From: Massalongia carnosa
Taxonomy: Eukaryota
Length of the DNA stretch: 64,000 nucleotides
Direction: 5' to 3'
Assembly (NCBI GenBank): GCA_965645245.1
Contig: OZ287070.1
Coordinates: 2,046,001-2,110,000, forward strand
In this document: piece by piece, positions 1-14,262 of the stretch
Layout of the letters: each line of letters starts with the position of its first letter
Numbering within the stretch: the first letter of the stretch is position 1
Made by a program: the position numbers and the translations under genes
Notes under the pieces: model-generated
Told to the model about the DNA's origin: nothing
The model's database searches: none
What the model saw: the letters and a program-made list of their open reading frames with translations, nothing else

Positions 1-120
1 CTATGTACTTTTAACCTGCACATCCTTATGTAACCTACCTCTTCAGAAATACTGAAGGACTAAACCATTGTCTATTAAGCAAGTCTGGTTAGAGGAACCT
101 CTTCTCATTGCGGGGCCACT

Positions 121-3100
121 TGGTCGGCATCTCTCAAAGCTTCCATGATCTATGCCTATCTGCATTAAGAGAGCAATCCGATTTTGGGTAAGTAAAGTTC
201 GCAATGATTGGCCGTTGAGTACCTTTAGTGCTGACTTCATAGATAGGATTGGTAAGTTTCAACAAATCTAAATCATTTGTGGTTAATGCCAACTGCTCGG
301 CCTTTACTTACTAGGGGACCTGCTTTCGCTCCAGCAGGTACGAAGCTTTGAATTCCTACCTTACGGAACTGACAGGTTCTAGGAATCTAGCATTCCGCAT
401 ATGTTGTGCAGCTATATTCTTTCTCTGATAATCTATCAGATGTCTATATCAGGAACTCCGATATCGATATCTCTCGAACCGGTCAACTGAACAATTTTCT
501 CCTGACAAAAGTGCGCCCTGGCTAATCAATACAAGCCTAGAACTTCTAGGTGTGGCGCATCAAGGGGTTAGCTTTCAATGTAAGATTTTTAGTTCTTTCT
601 CGAATAGAAAAGTCTCCACAGGTTTTCTCACCAACATCACGTGTATTGCTGATAGTATTACTGGTAACGCTTTCCTGGACGCATCAATGTATGATATATG
701 GTGGCCACGAGGACTTGGCTCGCAAAATCTCTATAACATCACAATAAGCATCATTGACAACAGTGGCAAGGCATTAGCCTCAATCAATAAATAGGTTGGT
801 TTTCAGACTACAACAAGTTGATGTACTCTATTGATAATTTGCGGCTTTCTAAAAAATTGCAGGCTCTCAACATCATTGATGATCAAATAGTAAAAGGGAT
901 CGCGCCAGGAAACAACTGGTAAGGGCTAATAACTCGCTACAATGGCTGGGCTGGCCTAAATAGAAACCAAGCATTTTGAAATTAACGGACATCAGTTTTA
1001 TGCAAAGGGATCAAATTTTATCCCGCCTGATGCTTTCTGGCTACTGAGAAGAAAATGTGACAGTTGTTCCATTCGGTCACTGCAGGCAATCAGAACATGC
1101 TACGAACCTGGGCCAGTGGTGCTTATACCCCGGACTTCATTTATGATATTGCTATGAAGAGAGGGTGTTAATGTGGTCAGAATTCGAGTTTGGTGACGCG
1201 CTTTATCCGGTCAATCCAGAATTCATCGATAACGTTAGAGAACAGGCAACATATAACGTGCGCAGCGTAAATCATCATCCATCGTTGGTGCTTTGGGCAG
1301 ATGGTATGTTGAAATTTTACACTTCTCCCTAGGTTTCTAGATATGATCTATGATCTATGATTATATTTTCTTCACTTCTTTAGCTGCATCAGCTCCTGTT
1401 ATTTCTTTTGTTTCATGTCTTCATTTTGTGTAAAAGGCTTAGGTATATCAAATTCCAAAATTAAATTTACTAGCCATCCACAGGTAATGAGCTTGGATCA
1501 CTTGAACTGTTACTCGTGAACTCTTCGGCCCCTGACGAGTACGAGCGGTACAAGACAGAGTATGAGCAGCTTTTTCTAAACACCCTTCTCCCTGTGGTAT
1601 ACTCAAACTGTAGGAGCATTAGCTATATTCCCAGCAGCACTACCCATGGCTATCTGACACTTAATTTCTCTCTTCCTCAGCCTATGATTGAGCGGCATAA
1701 CAACAAAATGCCTGGCGCGCTTTATGGTGATACTGGTAAGTAGCAGAAAATTTGCTGACTCCTTTACCTAAAACCTCCACACCAAGTGTTTACTACAATC
1801 TCAACAGGAACCTTGAAAGAATTGAGAGTAGCCTGGCTTCTCGAGCATATTACTACAATTATGACTCTTCATAGGCATTCAACTACTCCTCTTACCCTGT
1901 AGGCCGTTTTGCAAACGATTTTGGCTTCCATTCAATCCCTTCTTTACAAAATATGGCAACAAGCTGTTTCGCCATCTGACTTGCGCTTCAATTCTACCAC
2001 CATCCAGCTCCGTAATCACTACCCCCCACCGGGCGAACTTAACATATTCAATTTTGGCAACGCCACGAAAGGCATGGGAGAGATGATGAACGCCGCTCAA
2101 AGATGGTATCCTGTTAAAAATCATCCAATAGATGATATGATCTAATTGATAGGATCATACACGGGAGAAACCTTGCCACTAATATCAAGCCAGGTCCCGA
2201 ATAAAACTGATCCTCTCGCAAACTTTTCCTCCTGGTGTTAAGTCACTCAAAATATTCCAAGCCGACTACTAAAAGTCTGAGATCCAATTTTACCGCTGCG
2301 GCAGCGGATTCCCCAATCGGCAGCTCGGTTTCCTTTACTGGCAACTTGAAGATATATGGCAAGCGCCCACATGGGCAGGTATTGAATATGACGGCAAAGC
2401 CCCCCGATATAACTACGCAGTTCGTCCCTTAAGCTAACAGAAAGCCTTTGCATAGGTCGCTAGAAAGTCTTCCATTACGCTGCGAAGGACATCTATTAGC
2501 CCATCATATCTCCCCATGCCATGACCCCAAAACCGGCATCCTGGAAATCTACATCACCTCTGATCTTTGGTCTTCCGCTACGGGTACCGCAAGCTTTCAG
2601 TGGTACAAATAGGACAGCACGCCCCTCTCCCCCCCTCCACCCCCTCAACCGTCCCCTTGGGCGTCGGTCCCTTGAACACAACCGTCGTCCTCAACACCAC
2701 CCTCCCAGCATTCAACCTCTCAACCGCAATTCTCTAAATGAACATCACCGCTTCCGGCCCCCTCCCCAACAGCTTCGTGAACCAAACCTTCCACCACAAA
2801 AACCACTTCCACCCCGTTCCTCTCCCCCGCGCCAAGCTCGCATGCCCGGGCATCCGCCTCACTCATTCCTTGGAAACGGGCAACTTCACTGTCGAAGCGA
2901 AAACCGGCGTGGCAGTGTGAACCTGGCTGGAGAACCCCGCGGCGACATTATTGCATTTCGACACGAACGCGCTTTTGCTGCTGCCGGGGAGGAAGCGAGA
3001 GGTGGGCTATACGCTATTGGCGAGCGATGGGATAGATTCGGGGGATTGGATGCACGAGGTGACGGTGCAGAGTCTGTGAAATTTGACGCTGGCCGAGTAG
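121..3100 (+). pseudogene. Glycoside hydrolase family 2 beta-mannosidase (mndA-like) pseudogene; 5' part probably begins before the window
   Basis: Recognisable motifs in order: EQSDFG*DWGPAFAPAG (with a 9-nt microexon at 243-251), [84 protein letters not shown]. Interrupted by stops at 244-246, 792-794, 1058-1060, 2239-2241, 2270-2272, 2918-2920 and 3077-3079, plus frameshifts. Confidence 0.9.
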
Positions 3101-5263
3101 ATATGGGGGTCTGTGGGGTGGGTGGGTGAATTCAGAAAGGGGTTTCGAGGAGATTGTGTTCACGGAGGTAGCCTCGCTAAGCTTGTTCCCCCTTGAGAAG
3201 TGAATGCGTCGCTGAAAGCAAACAGCAAACTTATTTTTCGCCGTTTTCGACACCACTGCTAGGTATACGTACATGCATACCAACCATCGATGCCCACCCA
3301 CTCGATAGACGAATGGAGCGCAACCTCGAATGGCTTTTCGGTCTCATCCCCCTTCCTTCTCCCTTCTTTTTCCACCTACTCCACTAATCAATCAGTCAAT
3401 CAATCAAATCAAACAAACCAGTCAAACCACCCGGCCAAAAACCAACCAACCAACCAAAAAACAACGCGGGTAATCGCACCCTTACCTACCTATCTACCTA
3501 GATATAACTGACAGCTCACTTCACTCTCATCTCCCCCCAAAAGGTCTTATCCTCGGCCATTGGGTCATGTCTAGCCTAGTAGTTCACTAGTTACTTACAG
3601 AGTGCATCCGTATTTTCCATGATATCAAACCTTTGGCTATGCCTCGTCGCTTGCCTGATGTGGTTAAACTAGTCATGACACTTCGGACCGTGCTTCGCTG
3701 AGCCGCATCAGCATGTCTTGTGGTCGAGGTGGTAATTAAATAAGATGCTTGATGGTCAGTGCTTTGATGGGTACTCTACAACTACATCGCCTGGCTTGGG
3801 TGAAGACGAAAGATTGAGATCAGTTTTTGACAGCTTCGGAATAAAAAATTCTTGCAGCCGCAAGACGGAAAATTTTCATTTGTGCAATCGACAAGTCGTG
3901 ATATCTTTTATCCACCGCAACATATTCCTTCAGGTTTTGACAATGCATGTCAAAACAAGGACTACATATCTATCCAAAGTGTTAAGGCATGGGTTTCATA
4001 ACCTCAGCCAACAACTATGTGACTTTATGCCTTATTGTCAGTCCGATCAGGCCTCCATGGTGCGCTTATTATCTCTCTCGGTCCGTCGACATGTCCGCTG
4101 TGGGATGTGCCACATCTTACCGTGTATGATTTGCCTGATTTCTTCGTGGGTGCAGGTACTTCAAAAGCGGCAGATCTCCCTGAGAGAATGAGCCATGAAT
4201 CCCCAAACTTTTTACACGGCCCATGCTGCCTGTGATGATGGCTTTTTCTGGCCTGACTACTGCAGACATAGGAGCCTTAGTTAACATGGGCACCGGCATT
4301 CGAGCCGCCTCCTGGAGTGATTCCAAACTTCGACAACCGGAGTAGTTTCAAACCTTACTCAATGCTTCATCGGTCTGACTGCTCTTATCCTTGCCACTCT
4401 CTGTGTCGGCATTCGTATGCATACGAGACATTATGTGTCGAAAAAATTATGGTGGGATGACTATAAGCATTTATCCAACTACTGTCTTTCGTTGTTTTCT
4501 CCAGCTAATCCGTCAAAGACCTCTACCTGCTTGCATGGGTCGGAGTTTACAAGTGATGCCGTTTGCTAACACCGTGCTCACCTTGCTGCGGTGAGAGGTG
4601 GGTAGGACAGCGGTGCAAGGTTCGCCTGGTAAGTGCGATAGAGTTGCTTTTGTTGTCATTGTTCTTCTTTTTATTGTTGCAGCAGCACCAGCAGCAGTAG
4701 CGGCGGAGGAGGGGGGAATCTGCACGAGTCCGAAAGGCAAAGGGTTCTATGTGGGAGGTTTAGGGGATAGGTGGATACCGACCTGTCGGCCTTTCTGTAT
4801 GTCTGTTTGTCTGTCTGCCTTTTTGCTCAACTAACATACGGACGGAGATGGGCTTGGTTTAGAATAGCGCGCTGGAAATGGATGAAAGGAATAGGAAGGG
4901 GAAACGAATCGCAAGTTGGGGAACGGGGCGGCCCGGAGTCTAAGGTACCCATAGCTGCCGAACAGTGCTGATAGCGCTGGCCTTGTTATGCTGGCCAATG
5001 GCGACTCATCGGCAATGCAAGGAGGAAAGAAACACGTGGAATGAATCCATCATAGCGAGCCTTTTCTATTGTCATTCGTACAAAAACGTCAGGAGAACCT
5101 TTCTACATGAATTCCATCCAAACCACCCCAATACCAGGTCCCAATTTCCAGCGCCTAGCAGTCGTGAAGCCTTCTATCCTGTCGTATTGGCTGTTTGATC
5201 TTCTTTGTTCATGAAAACATCGCTTGTGGATAAACCAAACCCCAACCCCCCGGTTCGAGACGC

Positions 5264-8200
5264 TTAAACCACCTTCACAAACCCTACCTCCACCAACTTT
5301 TCCACCTCCAAGTTGAAATTCGAGACCCTTTGGCCTGTGTTTCCCCGTAACCACAAGAAGGCCTCAAGCGCCCATCGACGTGCCCATCTCCGCGGCGAGA
5401 AGCGCCCGCCTCCGGGTGAGTCTCCAACACGCATCTGCTCTTTGCCGACAATGTACACGACTTGTTCCGTGTACGCGGCTTGCAGAGAGGCAAGAAGGTG
5501 GCGAGCGAGCTCTTGATCCTGGATTTGGTGGGTGGGGCTGGCGGGGGGGGCGGGGGTCGATTGGGACGATGTGCTGAAGGAGATGCTGCCTCCTTTTCCT
5601 CCTTCCACGTGGTTGGTTGCCTCTGTGGGCGAGACAGTCGCAGTTGGTGAGGAAGCGCCGGACTCACGAATCACGAAAGCTCTCAATTGCTCGTACAACA
5701 GAAGCCCCAGGTCACGCGTGACGACCTCGTCTGTATAGCCGTGCCTCAACGTGACGCGGAAAAAATCACGCAGGGCTGGCGAGCTGCCCTGACCGCTGGC
5801 CGGAAAGCAGCGCGAGATGGTGAAACGATTTTCGGGTGCGATGGAGGGAGCCGAAAGTGGGCGAATATGAAAGAAGACCACGACGGCGGGGCTGGCGTGA
5901 AACTTCTGAAGGAAATGTATGTAGACGGCGGGAGTTGATTTGGAGCTACCATTTTTGTCGAAGAAAATTCCCATGCCTGGGATAGTGGAGATAGAGGCGT
6001 TACCGAAGGCGGGAGCCAGGTGGAGCTTGTGGGCTGGTAAGGTTGCGGTCTTTTCGTGGCTGTCGTTACCGGTAACGCCGGAGTGGATTGGAGATATTGA
6101 ACGCGCCGAGAGAATATGCGAGGGAGCGATACGATCGGAGGCTTCCGCCCGCCATTGGTTTTCTTTGCCAAAGCGCCAAAGGACGAAGATGCTGGAGAGG
6201 AGGATAGCAAGCACAAGCGTGAACCATGCTCCGTCGGGAACCTTTGTTGCTGCGGAGGAGAGATACAGGCCGTCCAAGCTGCCGAATACGAGGAAAGCAA
6301 TGGCAACAATAGTGACTGGCCGCCGCCAAATAATGATAGCTACCAGGCAAACCATACAAGTTGTGATGAAAGTTACCAAAATGACGCAGACGCCATAGGC
6401 CTGGCCTAGCCTGGTAGTCTGAGGAGAAATTTTAGCAAGGCCACTCACTGAAAACGATTGGCACTAGAAAACCGAAGAAATAAAACCGTACATTACTATA
6501 TGCCACAGTGACGATAACAGTGCCAATCATCAAAAGCCAGTTGGCCCATGGTATATATATCTGGCCGTGGAATATCTTGGAGGTGTGCACTAGTTTAATT
6601 TGCGGAAAGTATGACAGCTTGATGATTTGTGAAAGCAGCTGAGAAAGATTAGTCTGCCACGTTTGTGAATTGCATTGAAACCCTTATACCTGGAAAGTAG
6701 CGGTGATCATGGTCTGGCTTGCGACTATGGCCGCAAGGATGGCACACACTAAACTGGGATAAATCATCCCAGGTGGGACAGTCTTGTAAAAAGGGTTCGA
6801 GTATGCTTCAGGATGCTTGCTAATAAACGCAGCTTGACCAATATACTGTAACTATTAGTGCTTCCGCTCACTAAACGCACGGAAGTCGAAAGAAAAAACC
6901 AGAGCTTACTGCTAAGAGGAGGCAAGGAAAGGCAAAGCAAAGCCATGATAGCTGAATAGCCCTACATAAGAACCAGAATCAGAATCAGGATTGCTGAACG
7001 AGTCAACGGGAAAAGAGCCTCTCTACCTTCGACTGAAAGCGCCAAGGTCAGCAAACAAAGCCTCCACGCCTGTAAAAGCGAGTAAGATGCCACCAAGCGA
7101 TTTCCAGCCCTTAGTCTTGTTTCGAACCAGATACTGGCCGGCAAAGTATGGCGAGAAGGCTTTCAAGACCGAGTGGTCGTAATGTGCAAGGTTCTGTCAC
7201 ATTCGGTCAAATCATGGACTCCTCTGGACATGGACGAGAGAAATACATAAATGCCAAAACAAAAGTTAAGGGTCAGCCAAACAATCACGATTGGAGCGAA
7301 GACACTGGCGATCTTAGTCGTTCCAAGCGGTTGGATCAAGAACAGTAATACCAGAATAGCACATGTAGTTCCAACAATGGTGGCCGTGCTAATGTTTTCT
7401 TTGACAATTTCCAGCCTGATCATCGTCAGATTAGCCCATTATAGCAGGAAAGCCCTTACCCTTGGATAGCGCCAAGAACAGATTGAGCAGGAGTCAAAAC
7501 ACCATCTGTGACCTGTCAGCATTGATGTGATGTCGTTTGATGAGGAATTATACCAGACATGACCAGCGAAACACCAAGTACTCCAATGACTTTCAATAAC
7601 GTCTTCACAAACTTGCTACGTTCAATGAAGGAACGAGCAGATTTGCTGGAGAACTTCAGCTCGGTTGTCTTGACACGCTCCATCCTAATCATCGACTCCT
7701 CTCTTGGGTCACGCCTCACAATATGGGCCTGCAAGGATTGATGTTAGCGATAACGTACAGGACGCACTGATCGGTGGATAATGTACATAGCGAGAAAGTA
7801 GCGAGTAAATGGCAAAGGTGCCACCTTCGCCCTCGTCGTCGGCCCTGAGCACAATCAAGACATACTTGATGCTGACCATCAACGTGAGCGTCCATATTAT
7901 CAGGGAAAGGGCTCCGAGCAAGTCATCGTAGCTGGGGTTGGCGGAAAATGTTGAGGAATACACATATAAAGGACTGGTGCCAATGTCGCCGTAAATGACC
8001 CCAATGGATTGATAGGCCAACCTGGCACGGTTAGCGACCTTAAAGTTTTCCTCGCCACGAACAGAAAGTGCATACCAGACTAAATATCTTCCACGGAACT
8101 CCTGGTTATGGTTTAGCATGTGTGGGGTAGGGAAGCATCAAGGCAGGAACCGAACCTGTCTCTTCTTCAAATCCCTTTCGTCGTTATGATGATTCTCTGG

Positions 8201-8335
8201 ATCCTTTTCGTTGATGGCCGCGCCATCTAGGGGATCTGCAATGGAGGGCCGGCGCCCGTTGGTGTTTCCACTGCCTTCGACTGAGGTTGTACGAAAATTG
8301 ACATCAGCATACTGAATGTCCGCCTCTTTGGACAT
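5264..8335 (-). CDS. HAK1: High-affinity potassium transporter, HAK/KUP/KT family (multi-exon)
   Basis: [68 protein letters not shown]; many hydrophobic segments; GT-AG introns; ATG at 8335 (MSKEADIQ). Confidence 0.92.
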
Positions 8336-10518
8336 GTTAGCCCGAGGGCAAGCTACGGACAGCTGCTGACTGAAAGGAGTTTGAATGCAAGATGGTGAAT
8401 GGATGAAAGGGGATGGGGGATGGGAGATGGGGGAGGATGGAAGGATTACTTTGCAACCGGACAGCCTATGTATATCCATTCCGACGAACAACGGGTCTAG
8501 CAATTCACCCAGGACAAACAAAACGGCCTAACAAAGAGCAAATGACGGGTCTTTTCCCGTAGAATGTCAAAAGGGGGAACCACCCCTCGACGGCTGTGAC
8601 GGAGAAGAGAGAGGCGAAGGCGGTATCGGATCGCCTTGCACGGAATTGGTGCTCTGTAGTTTAAATGCCGTTCCAACGCCATGTGCCACGCCTCGAGGTG
8701 TAAAGAGGAACTGGGACAGTATCCGATTGGATCCGGTGGAGGCTGGAATGTCATTTGATGAATGGACGGTTTTTAAATCCCTCATCCAAGAGCGAGTTGA
8801 TAAGGCTAATCGCAAGTGGACTCGCCACAATGTGTGCGCACATCGTCCAGGATGAACCACGTTGTACAGAGTACACTCACATATTCACACACTTACATAC
8901 TGTGTACTCTGAACACTGCACCTATGCATGCTTCCCATGCTACCCTGCATACCTACCTTTGAGCTTTGGCCAGGGGCGGGCCTGGATGGAACAGGAGATG
9001 GGGCTGTGCAGAGGGAGAAGCTTGGATGACGAAATTCTCCGATCTTTGCGCACTTCGATAACGAGGTTGGGTCGTGGGCTACGTAGGACAGACGTGATCT
9101 CCTAAACGTGATCTCCTACCGAGGTGCCAGATGGCGGTGAGGATGGATGGATGGGGCCAAGCGCGCTCGTGATCAAGACAAGACTCTCATTAACCGCCGC
9201 ATCGGTACGGGAAACATTCTGGACAAGAATGTCCCAACTTGGTTTTCCCGTACCCTGGCGAAGGAGTAAGTCGGAATACACACAGTAGAGTAGGTCAGTG
9301 TAGGTCAGTAGATACGTCGTGGATGTTTTATGCTATGTACGAAGTACATACAACCCATCTGCATGCTCATGTCCTGTGCACAGACCGACCCGATCACACT
9401 TTGCAGGCTCTCAATGCAGGGACCAGGGAACAGAGGCTGAGAACGCAGTCCTGCTACCACCCTACTGCGAATGGGCTTCGCCAACTATAATCGGACCTCC
9501 AGCTTTCGTTGAAAGGTTCAGATTGAAAAGTTCAGACACATGGGAAAAGGCTGGTTTTCATGAGGACTCATCATAAGTGCATACGCTGCCGATAGTTACG
9601 CGGGGACGCCGAGCTAACTACGTTGGCTGTTGTACGAGTACTTAGCTAACTGACCGTCGTATGCGTCTCTCTCCCCCGGACCCACTCCTTATCGAATCCA
9701 GACAAGTAGCAAGAACGAGGTGTGTAGCACAACATGGTAAAGAGTTCACTGGCCGAGGCACGTGCTGTTATCAAGCCAAACGACTTGTCATAATCTAGAA
9801 GGTTAGGTGGATCCAGGAAGTCATAGAGGGTGTAGGGGGAATGGATGGTGATCGTACAACGGCCATGCCGCACCGTACTCCCCTGAATCCTTGAATTGAA
9901 GGGCCATCCACACGCCGATTGACTTCTCCCCTCTGATAGGCGTTCTGGCTTGCGCATCCATCGAGTAACGGAGTGGAAGGACCGTTTTTCCTTGGCGAAA
10001 GGACGGGAATAGCCGGGTCTGCCCAAAAGATCCCGCTAACCCACGGTAGGCGGAGTAGCCGAGAAGCGCATGCCGTCATCATCCCTGCTCAACTGAACCT
10101 TTCGCTGAGATATAGCTGGTCCGTGCGTCTCCTCCAAAACCTTCGCGTCCTCATTTCCAGTTGGACCATTATCGCTTGCCGTGTGGATGACAGATTGTCG
10201 AGCGATTGAATTGAACCTCACTGCCCTGCAATAAAAGAGACAGTTTGAATGATATTGTAGCTGTTATCATTGATTTTGGTGGTGGGTGGGAGGTAGGGGA
10301 AAAAAGAGATGCCTTGGTAAAGCGACTTGGGACGAACAGACATCGCATCCTCGGCGTCACATTGTGGTAGCCTTTATTTCCAGACTCCTGAGTGAAGCAT
10401 CTTACACCTTTCAGTTGTGCTAGCCATCTGGCGAGCCACGTCCACCAGAGCCAAGTTCACCCGCACTTCTACCGTGCCTGCCAGACCCAGCAAACGACCT
10501 CCGACTCACCAGCACCTC

Positions 10519-13500
10519 ATGGCTTCTCAGGCGCGTATGTTACTTGATCCGGCGTCTACTGGGGACAACCTTTCGAAGCAGAAAGCACAGACCATTCGGA
10601 TTGCAAAAGAACAAGAGAAGGCGATTCACGAGAAGCTTGCAAGGAATAACCATCCTATTCCAGAGTATGAGTTCTTGGAGCTAATAGGCAAAGGAGCCTA
10701 TGGTAGGGTTTTTAAAGCGTGAGCGACTTCTTTTCTCGTGTTCTCCGTCGACGGGGTTTGGTATGGTGCTTGTGTTATCGAATCCCTGCGAATCACCAGC
10801 ATGTCGGGTAGGCTGGATGGTCCTGTCAAAACCCCTGCGTAATTTGTCTCCTTTTTAGTCTTGAAGCTTTTTGGCTGATCCTAATCTTTGTGTAGCTGCG
10901 ATTTAAAGAACAGCCGTATCGTTGCGCTTAAAGTTATCGATGTGGACTCCCACGACTATAAAGTGAATGCCCGAGAGAAGGATGATAGTATTGAGGTCAC
11001 AATGCATGAGATCAAGGTCTTGAAGCAGCTAAAGGATAGCAATACCAAGAACGTTAATATCATTTTCGATGCGTTCCAGATACATTCACAACTTTGGATC
11101 GTCAACGAGTATTGTCCAGGGGGGAGTGTACGTACTTTGGTAAGTTAGTGATTCCTGTCTCATTCGTCAGGGTTTCTAAGGTATTGGCTCTCTTGGTTTT
11201 ATTCTACTGTCACTTTTTCTTTTGGTCTACTGCACCCTATCAGAAGAGTGCATCTCGCGGGGTCTGAAGGTCGATGAATGTAAGCAAAGAAGTCTTCAAC
11301 CCTAATGTACTCTACAGTATAGAGAAATTACGACCATTTTGCTGGAACTTCCCGCATCACCAAGCACATATTGATAGTTACACGTCATTTATAGGTATCA
11401 GGCAGGTAGTAAATGGAGTTTGGAGCCAATGGTGTATTAACATACAAAGTAATCATTTTACCTGTCTTTAGTCTGTATCTTGTCGGCGGTTTTTCTCGTT
11501 ATACCTAAACATATGGACTTTGGGAAGCAAAAAGAATGCTAACATATAGTAGATGAGGGGAACAGGCGACAAGCTTGAAGACAAGTACATTGTCCCTATA
11601 GCCCGTGAACTAGCAGTAGCTCTGAAGGCTATACATGATGGAGGTATCATTCATAGAGACGTAAAAGGTAAGCAGCGCTAGCAACATAGATGCAGGGCAC
11701 GAAGCAAACAAATAGGAGATATGAAAACTTAAGACTAACGTAAACTCGTGGGATAGCCGCAAACGTAATGATACACGAGGAAGGGAGGCTTCAAGTAATC
11801 GATTTTGGAGTTGCGGGCGTGTTGCAAACCAGTATCGACAAGCGATCGACTGTTATAGGCACTCCTCATTGGATGGCTCCTGAAATGCACAAGCTTGCAC
11901 CCCCGGAGGGACTAAACTATGGAACAGAGGTCAGTAAAAATACATAGCACGTCTAGACATGCGTCTACTAGGAAAGTTACACCGCTAAGCGGAATAGGTT
12001 GATGTCTGGGCATACGGCTGTACGTTGTATGAAATCGCTACTGGCATGCCCCCGTATCCCAGGACTCAGCCAGGGCGGATGCTTGGTGTGACACTTGGCC
12101 GAAATCCTCCGAGACTCGATAAGACGCAGTATTCAGAGGGATTGAGTGATTTGGTGGCATTCGTATTAGAAACGAAGCCAGCAGATCGTCCCTCGATGCA
12201 AGAAGTTCTGCAGCACCCGTATATCCTAAACACCGAAGAGACCCATCCAACGCAATCGCTTGCCGAACTTGTGAAGGTATATTACCGCTGGGAGCATTCA
12301 GGTGGTCAGCGTCAATCTTTGTTTATCAATGCGGGGGCAGCTGCTGCCGAATTTCCTTCAATTCTCAGCGAAGAGGACGATTGGAACTTTAGTACGACAT
12401 CCAACTTCGAAAAGGAACTAGATCAATTCTCCTTCGAGCCCGATTCAACGGCACTCTTAGAATCTTCAGAGCACGCAGTGGAACTCTCATTTCGGAAGCA
12501 TCCTCATCTTCCCTCCATTGTTATTCCCGGCTATTCTTCAAAGGACCAGGCAGAAATCTCTGATCAGGGTGGTGAAGTTCAGACGCCGACAGGGGATCTC
12601 ACTCCTGCAGAGAAGCTCAACACTGAGGAGCGTGTCAAGCGTGGCGAAAAAGCTTTGAAGGGTTTGTTCAATGAAGGCCAAAGTCCCTACGAGTATAAAG
12701 TCAAAGCAGATTTTGTTGAGCAGAAGTCTGTTCAAAAGCTAGGCCCACTGGGCAAACCGCTTTCTCGTACCCGCTCCGATCTTCCACTTCGAGATGAGTC
12801 GGTGCAGTCGTCGGTTCATCGTAAGGAGCTCGATGCCGATCAACTCCGCTCCGCAAGCTATGATACTACCCCCAACATTGACCTCGCCAACGTTGGCACC
12901 ATTAAGGCGAACCGTATGAACCGTTTTATCGATAACATGGGCCAAGACGACAAGGTCGAGAGCTGCTATTATCGAGACAGTCAAGACGAAGACAAGCGGG
13001 CAACCAAGGAGTGGACCTTCCCGCAGGCCATGTACGACGAAGGTAAAAGTAAGGAAGCAAAATCCTTAACCGTATCTCATGATCCTAAACGGGCAACGAT
13101 TGAGTGGGGGTTCCCACCTGAAATGCAAGCTGGCCGCAATGTTCCGCCGCCAATGTATGAGCGCCCAGCCTTGAAGCATACCGTGACAGCTCCCGTAGGT
13201 GAGATTCGTCACTCAATGGCAGGTATGATCGACCTAGACGCGCTGTATGATAGCGAGCTCTACGACAGTGACATCTTGCGTACTGCACCGGTTTCGGATG
13301 ACGAAGGGGGTACAGGAGCAACTTCCGAGGACGAGGCAATCGATCGTTCCCGCTCAAACAACACGGACGCCCAGGGAGCTAGCGATGGCGATATGATGAC
13401 CCTTCAAGCATCTTCTAGTGCGGGTGAGGATAGCTCTACTTCCCAAACCGCTTCAGCGACGTCCACCGAAGTTCCCTCAGAGATTGGTAACGAGTACGAT

Positions 13501-14262
13501 CCTTTCCTGTTCGACGACTCATCCGACGACGACATCAAAGCGCAGATCAACGCCATGCTGGATGATAGCCAGGTGATGGATGAGATGGATCGTGCGACTC
13601 TCCGCCGTGAATATCTGAAGGCGAGCAAAGCAATGCCAAAGCAACTGAAGGAGGATATGGAAGAGGCAGCCTACCGGCAGTACAAGAAACGACGCTTCGC
13701 CACCGCTGTGGGAAATTATGCGGAGAAGTAAGCGACCCATTTCTCCCATCAAGTCCTCCATTTTCCGAATACTACGATTCATTTAATTTCTCTGCCTTCG
13801 CTTTATACCCGCGCAAGACCTCCACCAGAACACATTTACTAACACCACTCCAGAAATCAAGGCGCGTACCTCTGGGACCAGTACGATCAGGACACCAACC
13901 TAGCCCCGGAAACAAAGCCTTATGCAATGGGTTCGCCCGCCCACCTGGGTGATCCGGACTTCCCTCTAGCCCAGGGCTTTCAAACCGTGTTCGGCCTCGC
14001 CGCTAACGTCAAGCCCGTTGCTTCGGCCGCTGCGCCCTTGTCCTCCGCGATCACGTTTCCACAAATCGTGCCCCCGAGCGCGGAATCTCTGATGGCGGAC
14101 GCCTCGCCCGCGGTTGTGGAAGCGGAGTTGAGGCGCTTGATGGGCGATTGGATCTCTGGGCTAGACGTGTTGGCGGATGTTTTTGATCGGTCACTTGCGA
14201 GTGGAGTTGGGGGACGAGGGGATGGGGATGGGAATGGAGGAGCCTCGGTTGTTGGGGAGTGA
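10519..14262 (+). CDS. STE20/GCK-family serine/threonine kinase (Nak1/Kic1-like), multi-exon
   Basis: LIGKGAYGRVFK, VALKVID, HRDVKAANVMI, DFGVAG, GTPHWMAPE, DVWAYG; long low-complexity C-terminus; introns join ORFs 10417-10722, 10888-11148, 12025-13731 and 13927-14262. Confidence 0.88.

Noticed and set aside
244..3079. Trp-position stops (TAG/TGA) in the GH2 gene as A-to-I editing-restorable premature stops
   Set aside because: The gene also has frameshifts, deletions and TAA or Arg-position stops that editing could not repair
3600..4600. ORFs 3745-4191 and 4117-4326 as a gene or TE relic
   Set aside because: No recognisable motif or coherent exon structure in any frame I read
11140..11186. 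Possible poison microexon GGTTTCTAAG in the kinase intron
   Set aside because: It would require a 31-nt upstream intron with a weak branch point, which is too short to be credible
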